From: Microcystaceae cyanobacterium
GTDB lineage: Bacteria > Cyanobacteriota > Cyanobacteriia > Cyanobacteriales > Microcystaceae
Direction: 5' to 3'
DNA: 64,000 nucleotides
NCBI GenBank assembly: GCA_041746575.1
Contig: JBGTGT010000098.1
Location: forward strand, 96,001-160,000
Both the position numbers and the translations under genes were made by a program. This document shows positions 62,821 through 64,000 of the stretch, piece by piece. How positions within the stretch are numbered: the stretch's first letter is position 1; each line of letters opens with the position of its first letter. A model generated the notes under the pieces. That model ran no database searches. It was not told the DNA's origin and saw nothing but the letters and a program-made list of their open reading frames with translations.

Positions 62821-63690
62821 ATGTTTAAAACACAAATGACAGATGATGGTTCTTTAACCTTTTTTTCTTTAGAGTTTGACGAATATTTTCACTCTACTTA
62901 TGGCGCGAAACAAGAAGCAGAAAAGAAATTTATTGAACCTTGTCAGTTATTAGAAAAAGCTCAGAAAAATAACCAGATTACGATTCTCGATATTTGCTAT
63001 GGACTCGGGTATAATAGTGCGGCGGCTTTGGCTAGCATTTGGTTAATTAATCCTCAATGTCATATTAAAATTATCGCCTTAGAAAATGACATAAATGTGC
63101 CTTTGCAAGCCCTTAAAGAACAACTATTATCCCAATGGACTGACCCTATTCCTCCATTACTTACAGACTTTATCTCAAAAAGATCAATTCGTAAAGCTAA
63201 CTTTGAAGGACTTTTTTTACTGGGAGATGCGAGACAAACCATTCAAGACGTATTGACTCAAAAGGTTAAAGCAGATGTCATCTTTTTAGATCCCTTTTCC
63301 CCTCCCCACTGTCCTCAACTCTGGACAGTTGAATTCTTAAAGCGGGTAGCAAATTGTCTAGAATTAGACGGATATTTAGCGACCTATTCCTGTGCCGCTT
63401 CCGTCAGAACAGCTTTACAAATGGCAGGATTAAATATAGGTTCAACCCCTAATATCGGTCGTAAAACACCGGGAACAATTGCAAGCTTTCAAGTTGATCA
63501 TTTACCGCCTTTATCTTTACAAGAAGAAGAACATTTAAAAACCCGCGCCGCTATTCCTTATCGAGATCCCACTTTAACGGCTACGACCTCAGAAATTATC
63601 GAAAAACGCCAACAAGAACAACAAACAAGCGATTTAGAACCCACCAGTCGCTGGAAAAAGCGTTGGTCAAAGATCACCACTCATTATTAA
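62821..63690 (+). CDS. MnmC-type (MnmD-like) SAM-dependent tRNA methyltransferase domain protein
   Basis: TDDGSLTFFS.EF.E.FHS, LDICYGLGYNS, FLDPFSP..CPQLWT, LATYS. Confidence 0.88.
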   Translation: MFKTQMTDDGSLTFFSLEFDEYFHSTYGAKQEAEKKFIEPCQLLEKAQKNNQITILDICYGLGYNSAAALASIWLINPQCHIKIIALENDINVPLQALKEQLLSQWTDPIPPLLTDFISKRSIRKANFEGLFLLGDARQTIQDVLTQKVKADVIFLDPFSPPHCPQLWTVEFLKRVANCLELDGYLATYSCAASVRTALQMAGLNIGSTPNIGRKTPGTIASFQVDHLPPLSLQEEEHLKTRAAIPYRDPTLTATTSEIIEKRQQEQQTSDLEPTSRWKKRWSKITTHY

Positions 63691-63796
63691 TTTCCGTAAA
63701 AAATCGCCTCAATTCTCAAAGAAACGCTACTATAACGATAGGATGGGAAAATTTTATCATTAATCATTCTCTGTTCTGCTTTAGGATAGTAAACGC

Positions 63797-64000
63797 GTGA
63801 ATATTTTCGGTAGCTCTGATCCCGCTCAAATCTTAATCGTTGACGATAATCCCCATAGTCGTCTCTTATTGATGGATTTATTAAAAAAAGCGGAAGCGGA
63901 TTACAATTTGCTTGAATTTGATGGGTTTGGCTCAGTTTTTGCTAAAATTCTGGAAGTCAATCCCGATCTCATTTTACTGGATATCAGGTTGCCCGAAGAC
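63797..64000 (+). CDS. Two-component response regulator receiver domain, 3' truncated
   Basis: GTG start; open frame to the window end: ..QILIVDDNPHSR...NPDLILLDIRLPED. Confidence 0.85.
   Translation, partial: MNIFGSSDPAQILIVDDNPHSRLLLMDLLKKAEADYNLLEFDGFGSVFAKILEVNPDLILLDIRLPED

Overview
A 64-kb cyanobacterial chromosomal segment, identified by frequent HIP1 GCGATCGC octamers and by ndhO, bciB and hik2; it looks Chroococcales-like (inference). Most of it is housekeeping: rsgA, bciB, nagA, rpiA, hik2, def, sds, panC-cmk, rqc2, pyrB, pdxJ, gyrB, amt1, pth, ndhO, mdh, folC, mntP, cobH and hdrB. Two accessory minus-strand loci stand out. (1) 1046-9115 is a hybrid RiPP operon: an orphan lasso-type B2 protease, a tiny PEP-CTERM surface protein, a precursor with two tandem NHLP leader domains and a Cys/Ser/Thr core, a CCG-motif LanM, an ABC exporter without a C39 peptidase, and a lasso-cluster-type nucleotidyltransferase. 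(2) 26277-36558 encodes a ~2880-aa secreted protein (HExxH segment, Zn-phospholipase-C-like domain, CBD-like module, RTX repeats) followed by a GEVED/PEP-CTERM protein. The two loci lie 27 kb apart but share an ungapped 71-bp upstream element (59/71 identical) containing a conserved inverted repeat, which suggests one co-regulated cell-surface/RiPP system. Also present: two copies of a ~160-bp MITE, REP-like hairpins, two sRNA candidates, DnaA-box-like, NtcA and HLR1-like sites, and two pseudogenes. All calls are by eye from motifs; no searches were run.
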